Notes: generated by a model not told the origin, from the letters alone. Shown: positions 37,366 through 47,895, counted from the stretch's first letter. The stretch: DNA of 64,000 nt from Candidatus Spongiisociaceae bacterium (GCA_965202665.1 OZ241841.1:123646-187645); one strand, 5' to 3'. Translations and numbers: made by a program.

Positions 37366-38876
37366 AAAAGGGAACCGGGCCGCCGGGGAAAAGCCGGATT
37401 CTGGCCGCCCTGCTGGGCAACCGGGGGCATATGTTCGGGCGGCTGGCGTTCGTCATCGGGTCGGTGGTGGCCGCCTCCGGCATCGCCATGCTCCCCGCGG
37501 CGGCGGTTTCTTTCATCTACCGGGAGTGGGAAACCGGCTGGGGGATAGCCTTGGCCTCGGCGGTCACTTTCGCCTGCGGGGCCGCCAGCCGCCGGATCTT
37601 CGGGCGGCCCGGCAACCTGACCACCAAGGAGGGTTTCGCGGCGGTGGGCCTGTCGTGGCTGGCCATGTCCCTGTTCGGCACCCTCCCCTATCTGCTGAGC
37701 GGGGCCATCGGCAACGCCACCGACGCCTTTTTTGAAACCGCCTCCGGGTTCACCACCACCGGGGCGTCGGTGGTGCCCGACCCGTCCCTGCTCCCGCATG
37801 GGATACTGCTGTGGCGGTCGCTGACCCAGTGGATCGGGGGGATGGGGGTGATCCTGCTGTCGCTGGCGGTGCTGCCCCTGCTCGGTTCGGGCGGGGTGCA
37901 GTTGGCCCGCGCCGAGTCGCCCGGCCCGGAACCGGACCGCCTCACCCCCCGTTTCCGGGAAACCGCCAAGCGCCTCTGGTACGTTTACGCGCTCATCACC
38001 CTCGCCGAGGCCCTGTTGCTGTGGGCGGGGGACATGAACCTGTTCCAGGCGGTCAACCACGCTTTCACCACCATGTCCACCGGCGGATTCGGCACCGAGG
38101 CGGCTTCCATCGGGGCGTTCGGGGCTTACACGCAGTGGGTGGTGATCGTGTTCATGTTCATCGCCGGCTCCTCCTTCGCCCTCCATTTCCGGGCCGTTCG
38201 GGATCCGGGCCGTTACTGGCGCAACACCGAGTTCCGTCTCTACGCGGCGATTATTTTGGCGGCGGCGGTGATTATCGCAGGGGGGTTATGGGGGTCGGGG
38301 GCGGGCGATGACATTCGGAACTCCCTGTTCACCGCCGTGTCGCTTATCACCACCACCGGCTACGCCACCGCCGACTTCGGCTTGTGGATACCGGCCTTGC
38401 AGATTCTGGTGGTGGGCCTGATGTTCGTGGGGGGGATGGCCGGGTCCACCGCCGGGGGCATCAAAACCTTCCGCCTGGGGGTGCTGGTGAAGGCGGCGGC
38501 CAACGATTTGCGGCGCATCATTCATCCCCGGGCGGTGTTTCCCACCCGCTTCGGGGCCAGACGGGTGCCGGATCCGGTGGTGGAAAGCGTGCAGAGCTTC
38601 TTTCTGTTTTTCATGTTTCTGTTTATGACCGGCACTTTCCTGATGGGTTTTCTGTCCGCCACCTTCGGCCCGGAACTGGACATCGTGGGGGCGGTGTCGG
38701 CCACGGCCAGCGCTTTGGGCAACATCGGCCCCGCTTTGGGCGATTTGGGTCCCTCCGGCAACTATCTGTCCGTCACCTGGCCCGGGAAGTGGACGCTGTC
38801 TTTTCTGATGATCGCCGGGCGGCTGGAGGTTTTCCCGGTGTTGCTCCTGTTCACCCGCTCCCTGTGGCGCCGCTGA
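37362..38876 (+). CDS. trkH: Trk potassium uptake system membrane subunit
   Basis: The protein is polytopic with repeated selectivity-filter-like segments (TTTGAS, MSTGGFG, TTTGYA, GSTAGGIK). GTG 37362 overlaps the trkA stop (GTGA). ATG 37431 is an alternative start. Confidence 0.85.
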   Translation: MKKGTGPPGKSRILAALLGNRGHMFGRLAFVIGSVVAASGIAMLPAAAVSFIYREWETGWGIALASAVTFACGAASRRIFGRPGNLTTKEGFAAVGLSWLAMSLFGTLPYLLSGAIGNATDAFFETASGFTTTGASVVPDPSLLPHGILLWRSLTQWIGGMGVILLSLAVLPLLGSGGVQLARAESPGPEPDRLTPRFRETAKRLWYVYALITLAEALLLWAGDMNLFQAVNHAFTTMSTGGFGTEAASIGAFGAYTQWVVIVFMFIAGSSFALHFRAVRDPGRYWRNTEFRLYAAIILAAAVIIAGGLWGSGAGDDIRNSLFTAVSLITTTGYATADFGLWIPALQILVVGLMFVGGMAGSTAGGIKTFRLGVLVKAAANDLRRIIHPRAVFPTRFGARRVPDPVVESVQSFFLFFMFLFMTGTFLMGFLSATFGPELDIVGAVSATASALGNIGPALGDLGPSGNYLSVTWPGKWTLSFLMIAGRLEVFPVLLLFTRSLWRR

Positions 38877-39069
38877 AAAATTCGGGTTCAGTCAAGTTAA
38901 ACCTTGAGGGGGTTCATCGGCTGAGGGCTTCTTCCGGGTTTCGGACAACGGAGACCGGGAGGCTGATCCAAAGAGGGCCTTCAATGAAATGGTAGCCTCT
39001 TCCGCAAAGCCTGCGTTGTTCCATCAGATGGATCTGGACTGAACATCACGTCATATAATCCGGGATGCG

Positions 39070-39405
39070 TCAGGACATCAAACGCTCAACGTCTTCAATC
39101 AGAACCGGCAGTTTTTTTATCAGTACGTTCCAAACTTGCTCATTTTCAATTTGTCCGTATTCATGCGCTAAAACATTTCGCAGTCCGATTATTTTTCGAT
39201 ATTCAGTGATATTTTCGAGCAGATGAGGGTCTAATTTTGCTAATGCAATCAAGGCAATACCGATATTTTCCAAAGAGCGCTCCACGCCCAAGCGGAGCCA
39301 TTCGTCATTTTCGTAGAACTTCAGATCCTTGTCTTGGATCTTCTCGGTGATGCCGACGGCAAAGTATTTTATGTCATACAGAAATTTCCATGCCCTATGA
39401 TTCAT
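39070..39405 (-). CDS. hepT: HepT-like HEPN ribonuclease toxin (DUF86)
   Basis: The R-x4-6-H HEPN motif is present (LRNVLAHEYGQI). The protein is 111 aa. Confidence 0.8.
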   Translation of the reverse strand: MNHRAWKFLYDIKYFAVGITEKIQDKDLKFYENDEWLRLGVERSLENIGIALIALAKLDPHLLENITEYRKIIGLRNVLAHEYGQIENEQVWNVLIKKLPVLIEDVERLMS

Positions 39406-39706
39406 AAACCACCACCCTGCTTTCCGCTACCGCACGATCAAAATACGGATTCCGGTACGAATCCTTGGCGGCCAGCAGGTCCACTTTCCGTCCGTACAGG
39501 GCCACCAGCGCCTCCTGGAAATCTAGGTAGAACCAGCAACGCTTTGAGGCCTTATCATTAAATTTGACCAAGAAATCCAGGTCGCTATCGTCGCGGAATT
39601 CTCCTGTAACCGCCGAGCCGAACAGCTCCAAGCGAGCCACATTGTGCTCTTGGCACAGTCTTCGCAACTCCGGCAACCGGTTTTCAATTAAGTCGATCAT
39701 CGCCAC
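39395..39706 (-). CDS. mntA: MntA-like minimal nucleotidyltransferase antitoxin
   Basis: The NTase motif is LFGSAVTGEFRDDSDLDFLV. The protein is 103 aa and overlaps hepT by 11 nt. Confidence 0.8.
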   Translation of the reverse strand: MAMIDLIENRLPELRRLCQEHNVARLELFGSAVTGEFRDDSDLDFLVKFNDKASKRCWFYLDFQEALVALYGRKVDLLAAKDSYRNPYFDRAVAESRVVVYES

Positions 39707-39783
39707 CTCCGACCGTTCGCGACGCTATTCTAACACGCTTGGTTTGGAGAGTATCACGGGCCGGGCTTTCGCCCCCCGGCGGG

Positions 39784-40902
39784 TTAGTCGGTGGTTAGGA
39801 CCACCATTTGGTCGCGGTGTATTACCTCTCTTTCCCAGCCGGAGTCGGCGGAGCGGCGGCCCATCACCGAGGCAAGTTTGCCGGAGTCGAGGCCGGCTAC
39901 TCCTTTTGCCACCAGCTCTCCCCGCGGGTCGCGGATTTCCACCGCCGCCCCGGCTGCGAACTCCCCTTCCACCCCGGTTACCCCCACCGGCAGCAAAGAG
40001 CTCCCCCGTTCCGTCACCGCCCGGGCCGCTCCCTCGTCCACGTTCACCGCCCCCTCCGTCCGCTGCCCGAAGGCCAGCCACAGCTTGCGGGCCGAAAGTT
40101 TGCCGGCGCGGGGAATCACGTAGGTGCCCACCGCCCGGCCCGCTACGATGTCGGACACCGCCCCCTCCCGGTCGGAGCGGGCCACTACGGCGGGGATGCC
40201 CGACCAGGCCGCCATCTGCGCGGCCGCCACTTTGGAGGAAACCCCGCCCGACCCCATCGGCCCCGACTCCCCCCGGGAAATTTCCTCCAGAATCGGGTCG
40301 GCGTAACTCACTTCGGTCAGCAACCGGGCCGGACCCGACCTGGGATCGGAGGAAAAAAGCCCTTCGGTGTCGGTGAGGATAATCAGCGCCCCCGCCCCTA
40401 TCAGGTGGGAGACGATGGCCGCCAAACGGTCGTTGTCGCCCACCCGCAGGCCTTCCACCGCCACCGTGTCGTTTTCGTTCACCACCGGCACGATTCCCCC
40501 CTCCAGCATCCGTCCCAGGGCGGCGCGGGCGTGCAAATACTGGGAGCGCATGGCCAGGATGTCCCGGGTGATGAGAACCTGGCCCACCGCGTATCCGGCG
40601 GCGGCGAAGGCCCGGTGATATTGGACGATAAGCCGGGTTTGCCCCACCGAGGCCGCCACTTGCAGGCCGGTGATGTCCGCCGGGGCCTCCCCCAGGCCCG
40701 CCCGGCCGGCCGCCACCGCCCCGGAGGTGATGAGGGCGGTCGGGTAGCCGGCCTCCCGCAGGGAGCGCACCTGGCCCACCACCCGTTCCACCGCCCCCTC
40801 GTCCACCCGCCCTCCGGCGGCGATGAGGCTGGAAGAACCCACTTTGAGGGCCACCGGCGACCCCGGGGCGACCGGGCGGCGCGCAGCCGCTCCCTCAGTC
40901 AT
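39784..40902 (-). CDS. proB: glutamate 5-kinase
   Basis: VALKVGSSSL and ITSGAVAAG are present, with a C-terminal PUA domain. The ATG at 40902 overlaps the obg stop (ATGACTGA). Confidence 0.9.
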   Translation of the reverse strand: MTEGAAARRPVAPGSPVALKVGSSSLIAAGGRVDEGAVERVVGQVRSLREAGYPTALITSGAVAAGRAGLGEAPADITGLQVAASVGQTRLIVQYHRAFAAAGYAVGQVLITRDILAMRSQYLHARAALGRMLEGGIVPVVNENDTVAVEGLRVGDNDRLAAIVSHLIGAGALIILTDTEGLFSSDPRSGPARLLTEVSYADPILEEISRGESGPMGSGGVSSKVAAAQMAAWSGIPAVVARSDREGAVSDIVAGRAVGTYVIPRAGKLSARKLWLAFGQRTEGAVNVDEGAARAVTERGSSLLPVGVTGVEGEFAAGAAVEIRDPRGELVAKGVAGLDSGKLASVMGRRSADSGWEREVIHRDQMVVLTTD

Positions 40903-42142
40903 CGGTGAACTCAAACGACAGGTCGCCGATGCGAACCTCGTCCCCCGGGCGGGCCCCCGCCTCCCGCAAAGCGTCGTCCACCCCCAGCCGGCGGAGACGG
41001 CTGGCGGCCAGGGAAGCGGCCCCGGTCATGGTCAAATCGTTCAATCCCACCGCCCGTTCCGCCAGCCGTCCGCTCACCTCCCAGGCCCCGTCCGTCCGCC
41101 GCACGGTGAAAGTTTCCATCGGACGGTGCAGCACGTAGCCTTCCCGGCCGGCCGGGGACTCCTCATGCTCGGCCTTTTGCACGGCGTCGGCGATGCGGTG
41201 CAGGGCCTCCTCCAGCCCGGCCCCGGTGACGGCGCTCACCATCCCCACCTCCCCCGCCTGCTCCCGCAGGGCGTCGGGAACCTCCGGGGACAGGTCCGCT
41301 TTGGAAATCAGCACCACCCGCGGGCGGGCGGGCAACCCGGGATGGTAGGCCTCCAGCTCCCCGAGCAACGTCCGATACTGCAACTCCAGCGGGTCGGTCT
41401 GCAAAGGGGAGGGGTCCAGCAGCATCACCAGGGCCCGGGCCCGTTCGCAGTGGCGCAGGAAGGCGCGTCCCAGCCCTTTTCCTTCGGAGGCCCCGGCGAC
41501 CAGGCCGGGAATGTCGGCCAGCACGAACTCCCGCTCCCCCACCGCAACCACCCCCAGGTTGGGTTCCAAAGTGGTGAAGGGATAGTCGGCGATTTTGGGG
41601 CGGGCGGCGGACACCCGGGAAATGAAAGTGGATTTGCCGGCGTTGGGGTAGCCGATGAGGGCGGCGTCGGCCAGCAGTTTCATTTCCAGCGTGAACCAGG
41701 CCCCGCTCCCGTACTCCCCCTGTTCGCAGAAGGCGGGGGCCCGGCGGCGGGGGGAGGCCAGGGCGGCGTTGCCCCGTCCGCCGCGGCCCCCGGTCAAAAC
41801 CCGCACCCGTTGGCCGGGGGACAGCAGATCGGCCGCCAAACGGCCCTCTTCGTCGAACACCGCCGTTCCGGGGGGAACGGGGAAGCGCAGGTCCTCCCCC
41901 CGGCGGCCGTTCCGCAGGTCGCCGGAGCCGTGCGTTCCTTTGCCCGCTTTATGGTGGGTGCGGCGCCGGTAGGCCTGCAAGGTGGAAAGGGAAGAGTCGG
42001 CGATTATGACCACGTCCCCTCCGGCCCCCCCCGAACCTCCGGCCGGTTTGCCGCGCGGGCGGCGGCCCTGTTGCAGGAAAGAAACCGCCCCGGCCCCGCC
42101 GTCGCCGGAACGGAGGCGGACCCGAACCCGGTCTACGAACAC
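40895..42142 (-). CDS. obg: GTPase Obg
   Basis: The Obg fold is MFVDRVRVRLRSGDGGAG... The G motifs are GYPNAGKST, DIPGL and SKAD. Confidence 0.9.
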   Translation of the reverse strand: MFVDRVRVRLRSGDGGAGAVSFLQQGRRPRGKPAGGSGGAGGDVVIIADSSLSTLQAYRRRTHHKAGKGTHGSGDLRNGRRGEDLRFPVPPGTAVFDEEGRLAADLLSPGQRVRVLTGGRGGRGNAALASPRRRAPAFCEQGEYGSGAWFTLEMKLLADAALIGYPNAGKSTFISRVSAARPKIADYPFTTLEPNLGVVAVGEREFVLADIPGLVAGASEGKGLGRAFLRHCERARALVMLLDPSPLQTDPLELQYRTLLGELEAYHPGLPARPRVVLISKADLSPEVPDALREQAGEVGMVSAVTGAGLEEALHRIADAVQKAEHEESPAGREGYVLHRPMETFTVRRTDGAWEVSGRLAERAVGLNDLTMTGAASLAASRLRRLGVDDALREAGARPGDEVRIGDLSFEFTDD

Positions 42143-42159
42143 CGCGTCCGCGTGCTCCC

Positions 42160-42411
42160 CTATTCGGGGAGAACGCTCACGCAGCGACGACGATGGCGGG
42201 TGTGGTACTTGACCGTGCCCGGAGCCAGGGCGAACAGGGTGTCGTCCCCGCCCCGGCCCACGTTGCGGCCGGGAAAAATGCGGGTGCCGCGTTGCCGCAC
42301 GATGATGGCCCCGGCGTTGATCCGCTGGCCGTCGAACACTTTGGGGCCCAGCCGTTTGGCCGCCGAGTCGCGTCCGTTTTTGGTGGAGCCGCCGCCTTTG
42401 GTTTTGGACAT
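42160..42411 (-). CDS. rpmA: 50S ribosomal protein L27
   Basis: [26 protein letters not shown]....[10 protein letters not shown] is present. Confidence 0.95.
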   Translation of the reverse strand: MSKTKGGGSTKNGRDSAAKRLGPKVFDGQRINAGAIIVRQRGTRIFPGRNVGRGGDDTLFALAPGTVKYHTRHRRRCVSVLPE

Positions 42412-42412
42412 T

Positions 42413-42790
42413 TCAATCCTCCTCCCCGTTCTCCCCGCCGTCCCCGTTTCCCCCGTCGTCCGGTCCGTTTTCCCCTTCGGTTGCTTCGCCGATGCCTACG
42501 ATGCGCAACCTGGTGTATCTTTGCCGGTGGCCCATGCGGCGGCGGTAGCCGGACTTGTTCTTGTATTTGAAGATGTCCAGTTTATCCCCCCGCACCTCCC
42601 CCTCCACTTCGGCCGTGACCGGCATTTCCTCCAAGCGGGCGCGGTCGGTCACCGCCTTCCCCTCCCCGTCCACCACCAACAGCGGCGTGAAAGTCACGGT
42701 TTCGGAGGCGCCTTTCAGCAACTCCACGTCGATGACGTCGCCGGCGGCCACTTTGGATTGTTTGCCGCCGGAGCGGATGATGGCGTACAT
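42413..42790 (-). CDS. rplU: 50S ribosomal protein L21 (with short acidic Gly/Asp/Glu tail)
   Basis: [14 protein letters not shown] and [16 protein letters not shown] are present. ATG is at 42790. Confidence 0.9.
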   Translation of the reverse strand: MYAIIRSGGKQSKVAAGDVIDVELLKGASETVTFTPLLVVDGEGKAVTDRARLEEMPVTAEVEGEVRGDKLDIFKYKNKSGYRRRMGHRQRYTRLRIVGIGEATEGENGPDDGGNGDGGENGEED

Positions 42791-42875
42791 TATCGCCTGC
42801 CTCTGTCGGGGGTTGCGCGGGTTAACCGGGCCATTATAGGCGGCGCCCCCCGTTTTTCCCAACCGGGCGCGCCGT

Positions 42876-44420
42876 TCATCGGCGGCGGCGGTCCCCGTTG
42901 CCCGAACGGGGATGGGAAATGGGGGCCCCGGTGACGGCGGCCGTCTCGTGCAGCAGAAGCCCCCGGCCCTCGCATTTGGGGCAGGGTTCGGAGAAAGCCT
43001 CCAGCAGCCCGCTGGACACGTTTTTGCGGGTCATTTCCACCAGGCCCAGGCTGGAAACCTCGTGCACCTGGGTGGTGGTCTTGTCCAAAGCCAGCGTTTC
43101 CCGGAGGCGGCGCAACACCGCGTCCCGGTTGCGGCGGCGTTCCATGTCAATGAAGTCGATGACGATGATCCCGCCGATGTCCCGCAACCGCAACTGGCGG
43201 CCCACCTCCTCGGCCGCTTCCAGGTTGTTGCGCAGCACCGTGTCCTCCAGGTTGGAGGTGCCCACGAATTTTCCGGTGTTGACGTCGATGACGGTAAGGG
43301 CTTCGGCCCGGTCGATGATGAGATGCCCGCCGGACGGCAACCACACTTTGCGTTCCAAGGCCCGGCGCAGCTGGTCGTCCACCCGAAAACGTTCAAACAG
43401 CCCCTGGTCGTCCTCCCCGGCGCACTCCACTTTGGACACCAGTTGCGGGGCGAAGCCCTCCAGGTAGGATTTCACCTGCTGAAAAGCGTCCCGGTCGTCG
43501 ATGAGCAAGCGCCGGAAGTCGGGGGTGAAATGCTCCCGGATGACCCGCGACAGCAGATCCGGTTCCTGGTACAGCACGCGGGGGGCTTTGCCGTTCTGGG
43601 AGCGGTTGCGGATGCTCCGCCACTGATTCACCAGCCGGGAAATGTCGGAGCGGATTTCCTCCCGGGAGGCCCGCTCGGCGGCGGTGCGCACGATAGCCCC
43701 GTACCCTTTGGGCCGTTCCGACTCCACGATGTTGCGCAATCGCACCCGCTCTTTGTCGGGCAGACGGCGGGAAATGCCCACCGAATCATCGCTGGGCATC
43801 AGCACCAGATGGCGGCCGGACAGAACCACCTGGCTGGTCAGCCGGGGCCCTTTGGTGCCCATGGCGTCCTTGTCCACCTGCACGATGATGTTTTCCCCCG
43901 ATTTGAGCAGTTCCTCGATGCGGGACCCGTTTTTGGGGGCTTGTTTAGCGGCGATCACATCCGCCGCGTAGAGGATGCCGTTTTTCTCGGCGCCGATGTC
44001 CACAAAGGCCGCCTCCAGGCCGGGCAGGACGCTGCGCACCTGTCCCAGGTAAATGTTGCCCACCAGCGACTGCTGATCCGACAGGTGCACGTAGTGTTCC
44101 ACCAGGCGCGGCCCTTCCAGCACCACCGCCTGCGTCTGATGGGGGCGCACCCGCACCAGCATCTGCTTGCGTCCGGTGGGGGGCGGAACCACTCCGGCGT
44201 CGGAGAAGGTGCGCCGGCCGGAGCCGGGGGCGGGCCCGCTCCGGTTCCGCGGACGGCGGGCGGGGCGGGGCCTCGGTTTTTTAGCGGGGGCGGATTCGGC
44301 TTCCTGAACCCGCCGCACCTGGACGGTTCTTACCCCCACCTTCCTGGTGCTCAGCTCCTCGGTCGGGGAATCACCTACCCCGCGTCTCAGGACTGTTGCT
44401 TTGCGTCGAAACAACGGCAT
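42876..44420 (-). CDS. ribonuclease E/G family endoribonuclease
   Basis: The S1 domain reads VGNIYLGQVRSVLPGLEAAFVDIG. The DNase I-like and Zn-link parts read EALTVIDVNTGKF, ...IIVIDFIDM and CPKCEGRG. Confidence 0.8.
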   Translation of the reverse strand: MPLFRRKATVLRRGVGDSPTEELSTRKVGVRTVQVRRVQEAESAPAKKPRPRPARRPRNRSGPAPGSGRRTFSDAGVVPPPTGRKQMLVRVRPHQTQAVVLEGPRLVEHYVHLSDQQSLVGNIYLGQVRSVLPGLEAAFVDIGAEKNGILYAADVIAAKQAPKNGSRIEELLKSGENIIVQVDKDAMGTKGPRLTSQVVLSGRHLVLMPSDDSVGISRRLPDKERVRLRNIVESERPKGYGAIVRTAAERASREEIRSDISRLVNQWRSIRNRSQNGKAPRVLYQEPDLLSRVIREHFTPDFRRLLIDDRDAFQQVKSYLEGFAPQLVSKVECAGEDDQGLFERFRVDDQLRRALERKVWLPSGGHLIIDRAEALTVIDVNTGKFVGTSNLEDTVLRNNLEAAEEVGRQLRLRDIGGIIVIDFIDMERRRNRDAVLRRLRETLALDKTTTQVHEVSSLGLVEMTRKNVSSGLLEAFSEPCPKCEGRGLLLHETAAVTGAPISHPRSGNGDRRRR

Positions 44421-44631
44421 TAATCAACTCCTTGGGCGAACAACCTCGCCTAATCGTGCGGTTCGGACCCGGGAGCGCGGCGGGGCCGGCCGGCGCCCGC
44501 GCGGCACCCGCCTTTCGCATCATTCCGCCTGCGGTTTTCACAGGGTCCTCCTTACATTCCACCCCGGTCGGCGGCGTCGGACGGATGTAGCGCCCGACGC
44601 GGCCCGTTCCGGACTTCTGAAAACGATTCCA

Positions 44632-44646
44632 GGGGGGCGGCCCCCC
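44632..44646 (-). terminator. short GC hairpin after rodA (possible terminator)
   Basis: GGGGGG-CGG-CCCCCC lies at 44632-44646. On the minus strand it is followed by ...GAAUCGUUUUCAG. Confidence 0.3.
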
Positions 44647-44703
44647 GGTGTCCCGCCTTCTAGTATAGCGGCTAATTTCGGGGCGCGGCGCATTTGCCGG
44701 ATC

Positions 44704-45888
44704 CTACGGTTCCCGGGCCAGTTCGGGGGGGAGGGGGCTGCGGGTGCGCCACACCGAGTTGACGATCCCCAACCCGGCGGACATGGCGATAATGGCCGAA
44801 CCTCCCACGCTCATAAAAGGCAGGGGCAGGCCGGTCACCGGGGCCACGCCCATCGTCATCCCGATGTTGATGAAAATATGGAAGGCCAGCAGGGAGGCCA
44901 TGCCCACCGCGATCAGGCTTCCGAAGCGGTCCGAGCAGGCGGCGGCGATCATCAAGATGCGCCATATCAGAAACACGTACACCAGCAGCACCGCCAGCCC
45001 GCCGAAGAAGCCCAGCTGTTCGGCCACGGCCGTGAAAATAAAGTCGGTGGTCTGGGAGGGGACGAAGTCGAGGCCGGTCTGGGTGCCCTCCAGCAGGCCC
45101 CGTCCGAACAACTGCCCGGAGCCGATGGCGATTTTGGACTGGTTGATGTTCCAGTTCATCCCCTGCAGGTCGACCGTTTGATCCAGGAAGCCGGACAGGC
45201 GGTTGATCTGGTACTCCTGGAGCAGGTTCAGCCGGAAGACGGCCACCACCCCGGCCGCCCCGGCCGCCAGCAGAGCCGCCAGTTGGCGGAAGCTTAGGCC
45301 GGCCGCGAAGAGCATCCCCGCCGTCAAAAACATCACCGCCAGCATGGTCCCCAGGTCGGGTTGGATGAAAATGAGAAGGCAGGGCAGGGCCACCAGGGCT
45401 ATGGCGAACCCCATGCGCCGCCAGCGCATCCCCTCCTCCCGGGCCCGGGCCAGCACGCCGGCCAGCACCACCACCAGGGCCACTTTGGCGAACTCGGAGG
45501 GTTGCAACTGGAAAGCCCCCAGGGGAATCCACCGGTTGGCCCCTTTCACCGGCGGGAAAAACAGCACCACGATCAGGCCCAGCACGGTCAGGCCGTAAAA
45601 ATAGGGGAGGAGCCGCCGGTACTCCCGGTAGCCGACCAGGGAGGCGATGATGAAGGCGGCCAGCCCGGCCCCTGCGAAGACCATCTGCCGGGTCATGGCC
45701 CCGAAGGCCCCCCCTCCCCCCTCCGCGTCGCGGATAAAAGTGGCGGAATAGACCATCACCGCGCTCAGGGCCAGCAGCCCGGCGATTATTACGAACATGG
45801 CCACGTCCGGGGCCGGTTTGGGCCGGTCGGCGAACAGGCCGCGCACCGGCTCCGGCCGGTAGCCCCTCCTCCCGCCCAGTACCGCCAT
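44704..45888 (-). CDS. rodA: SEDS peptidoglycan glycosyltransferase RodA (FtsW/RodA/SpoVE family)
   Basis: The protein is a polytopic SEDS pattern (QPSEFAK, TDFIF). It lies directly after mrdA. Confidence 0.85.
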   Translation of the reverse strand: MAVLGGRRGYRPEPVRGLFADRPKPAPDVAMFVIIAGLLALSAVMVYSATFIRDAEGGGGAFGAMTRQMVFAGAGLAAFIIASLVGYREYRRLLPYFYGLTVLGLIVVLFFPPVKGANRWIPLGAFQLQPSEFAKVALVVVLAGVLARAREEGMRWRRMGFAIALVALPCLLIFIQPDLGTMLAVMFLTAGMLFAAGLSFRQLAALLAAGAAGVVAVFRLNLLQEYQINRLSGFLDQTVDLQGMNWNINQSKIAIGSGQLFGRGLLEGTQTGLDFVPSQTTDFIFTAVAEQLGFFGGLAVLLVYVFLIWRILMIAAACSDRFGSLIAVGMASLLAFHIFINIGMTMGVAPVTGLPLPFMSVGGSAIIAMSAGLGIVNSVWRTRSPLPPELAREP

Positions 45889-45891
45889 CGC

Positions 45892-47895
45892 CTACCTTTC
45901 CGTTTCTTCGCCCGCCACCAGCGGGGTTACCGGCACCTGCAGCAGGTGCTGCATGATGGCCCGCGCCGCCGGGGCGGCCACCGCCCCGCCCGAGCCGCCT
46001 TCGTCCACCATCACCACCACCACCCACTGCGGATCGTCGGCGGGGAGGGCCCCCGCGAACCAGGCGGTGGAATCGTGATAAACCCCTTCCTGGTCGGTGA
46101 AACTCTGGGCGGTGCCGGTTTTGCCGCTGATGCGGGCCGACAGCGGCCCCATTTCCTCGAAGGCTTTGGCGGCGGTGCCCTCCTGCACCACCGCCGCCAA
46201 GTCCCGGCGCAGGGATCCCACCGTGGCGGGGGAAATGTCCAACGTGCGCAGCACCCGGGGGCCGTTGTCGATCACCAACTCCCCCGCCGAGTCCACCACC
46301 CGGTCCACCACCCACGGCTGGTAGACGACGCCCCCGTTGACCAGGGAAGAGTAGGCCACCGCCAACTGCAGGGGGGTGGCCAGGATGGAACCCTGCCCCA
46401 CCACCAGGCTCATCAGGTCGCCGCCCAGCCACCCTTCGGGACGCACCCGCCACGGCTGGGTGCGCCGCCACCGCTCGAACAACTCCCGGTCGGGCAGCAC
46501 CCCCGGGTTTTCGAAGGGAAGATCCACCTGGGAGCGGCGTCCGAACCCGATCTGGTCCGCCCATTGCTGCACCAGGTCCTCCCGGTCGGTTCGGACGTAG
46601 GCCCGCCAGATGGAAAGGGCTATCTCCCAAAAATAAATGTTGCAGGAACGTTGGAAGGCCCGGTGCAGGTTCTGACGGCCGTCGTCCTCCGGATAGGTCC
46701 AGTTGCGCCACACCAACTGCGACTGGTCCACGAAGTCGGCCTCCAACTGCGCCGAACAGTCGATGGCGTCCTCCGGGGAGGCGGCCCCCTCCGGGAAAAT
46801 GTTCTCCTCCACGGCGGTTACGTAGGTGACCGCTTTGAAAGTGGAGGCGGGGGGCTTCAGCCCCTGAATCACCAGATTGTTGAAAGCCTGCTTCTCCGAC
46901 AACTCTTCAAAAGCGGCGGTTTCTATGCCGCCCACGAAGGCCTGCGGGGCGAAGGTGGGATGGGAGGCCATGGCCCGCACCTCCCCGGTGTTCACATTCA
47001 GCACCAGGGCGGCCGCCCGCTCGGCCGGGCCGGGTATCAGGGACGGGTCTTCCGGTTCGGCTTCCTCCTTCAAGTCGTTGGCCAGCTCGATGGCTTCCGC
47101 CAACACCCGCTCCGCCACCTGCTGGGTGGGGATGTCCAAGGTGAGATGCACCGTGTCCCCCTGCACCGGATCGATCTGCCCCACCTCTTCCAGAATGTCG
47201 CCGTTGGGGGCCTGCCGGTAGGAAACGCGGCCCAGGCTCCCCTGCAGAAACTCGTCGTACTGCAACTCCACCCCCTGTTTGCCCACCACCGTCTCCGCGT
47301 CGATGTTGGGCAAGCGGTCCAGGTCTTCCTGGTTGGGCAGGCCGATGTGCCCCAGCACGTGCCCCATCAACTCCCCCTGCAGGTATTGGCGCACCGGCTG
47401 AACCCGCACCGCCACCCCGGGCAGGGTGCGGCGCTGCTCCAAAATCTGGTAGGCGACGTCGGCGCCGATGTCCATTTCGGAGATGACCGCCACCTGCCCG
47501 GAGCCGGCTTCCTCCAACAGGGCCCTCACCTCCACCGGGGTCACCCCCAGCAGGCTGGCCAGCCGTTGAATGACATCGTCTTCTTCCTCCACCGGCAACT
47601 CGGCCCGGTCCACTTCCAAAACGATGCGGGAGGTGGACACGGCCAGCGGGATGCCGTTGCGGTCGATGATGTTGCCCCGGGGGGCCTCCAAATATTCCAA
47701 GGTCAAAATGTTGGCGTCCGCCTGCTCGGCCAACTCCTCCCCTTCCACCAACTGCACGAACCACAACCGGAAAAAGAGCACCACGAACAAGCCGGTGAAC
47801 AGGAAAGCCAGCGCCGCGACCCGCCATCCGAACCGCACCGCCAGCCCGCCGCCGGAGGCGCCGTCGGCGGAGGGGGAGGGCCTCAGGCTTCTCAT
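45892..47895 (-). CDS. mrdA: penicillin-binding protein 2 (elongasome transpeptidase)
   Basis: A TM anchor and then RGNIIDRNG are present. The transpeptidase motifs are PASTFK, a SxN-like motif and GKTGTA. The ATG at 47895 overlaps the mreD stop (ATGA). Confidence 0.85.
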   Translation of the reverse strand: MRSLRPSPSADGASGGGLAVRFGWRVAALAFLFTGLFVVLFFRLWFVQLVEGEELAEQADANILTLEYLEAPRGNIIDRNGIPLAVSTSRIVLEVDRAELPVEEEDDVIQRLASLLGVTPVEVRALLEEAGSGQVAVISEMDIGADVAYQILEQRRTLPGVAVRVQPVRQYLQGELMGHVLGHIGLPNQEDLDRLPNIDAETVVGKQGVELQYDEFLQGSLGRVSYRQAPNGDILEEVGQIDPVQGDTVHLTLDIPTQQVAERVLAEAIELANDLKEEAEPEDPSLIPGPAERAAALVLNVNTGEVRAMASHPTFAPQAFVGGIETAAFEELSEKQAFNNLVIQGLKPPASTFKAVTYVTAVEENIFPEGAASPEDAIDCSAQLEADFVDQSQLVWRNWTYPEDDGRQNLHRAFQRSCNIYFWEIALSIWRAYVRTDREDLVQQWADQIGFGRRSQVDLPFENPGVLPDRELFERWRRTQPWRVRPEGWLGGDLMSLVVGQGSILATPLQLAVAYSSLVNGGVVYQPWVVDRVVDSAGELVIDNGPRVLRTLDISPATVGSLRRDLAAVVQEGTAAKAFEEMGPLSARISGKTGTAQSFTDQEGVYHDSTAWFAGALPADDPQWVVVVMVDEGGSGGAVAAPAARAIMQHLLQVPVTPLVAGEETER

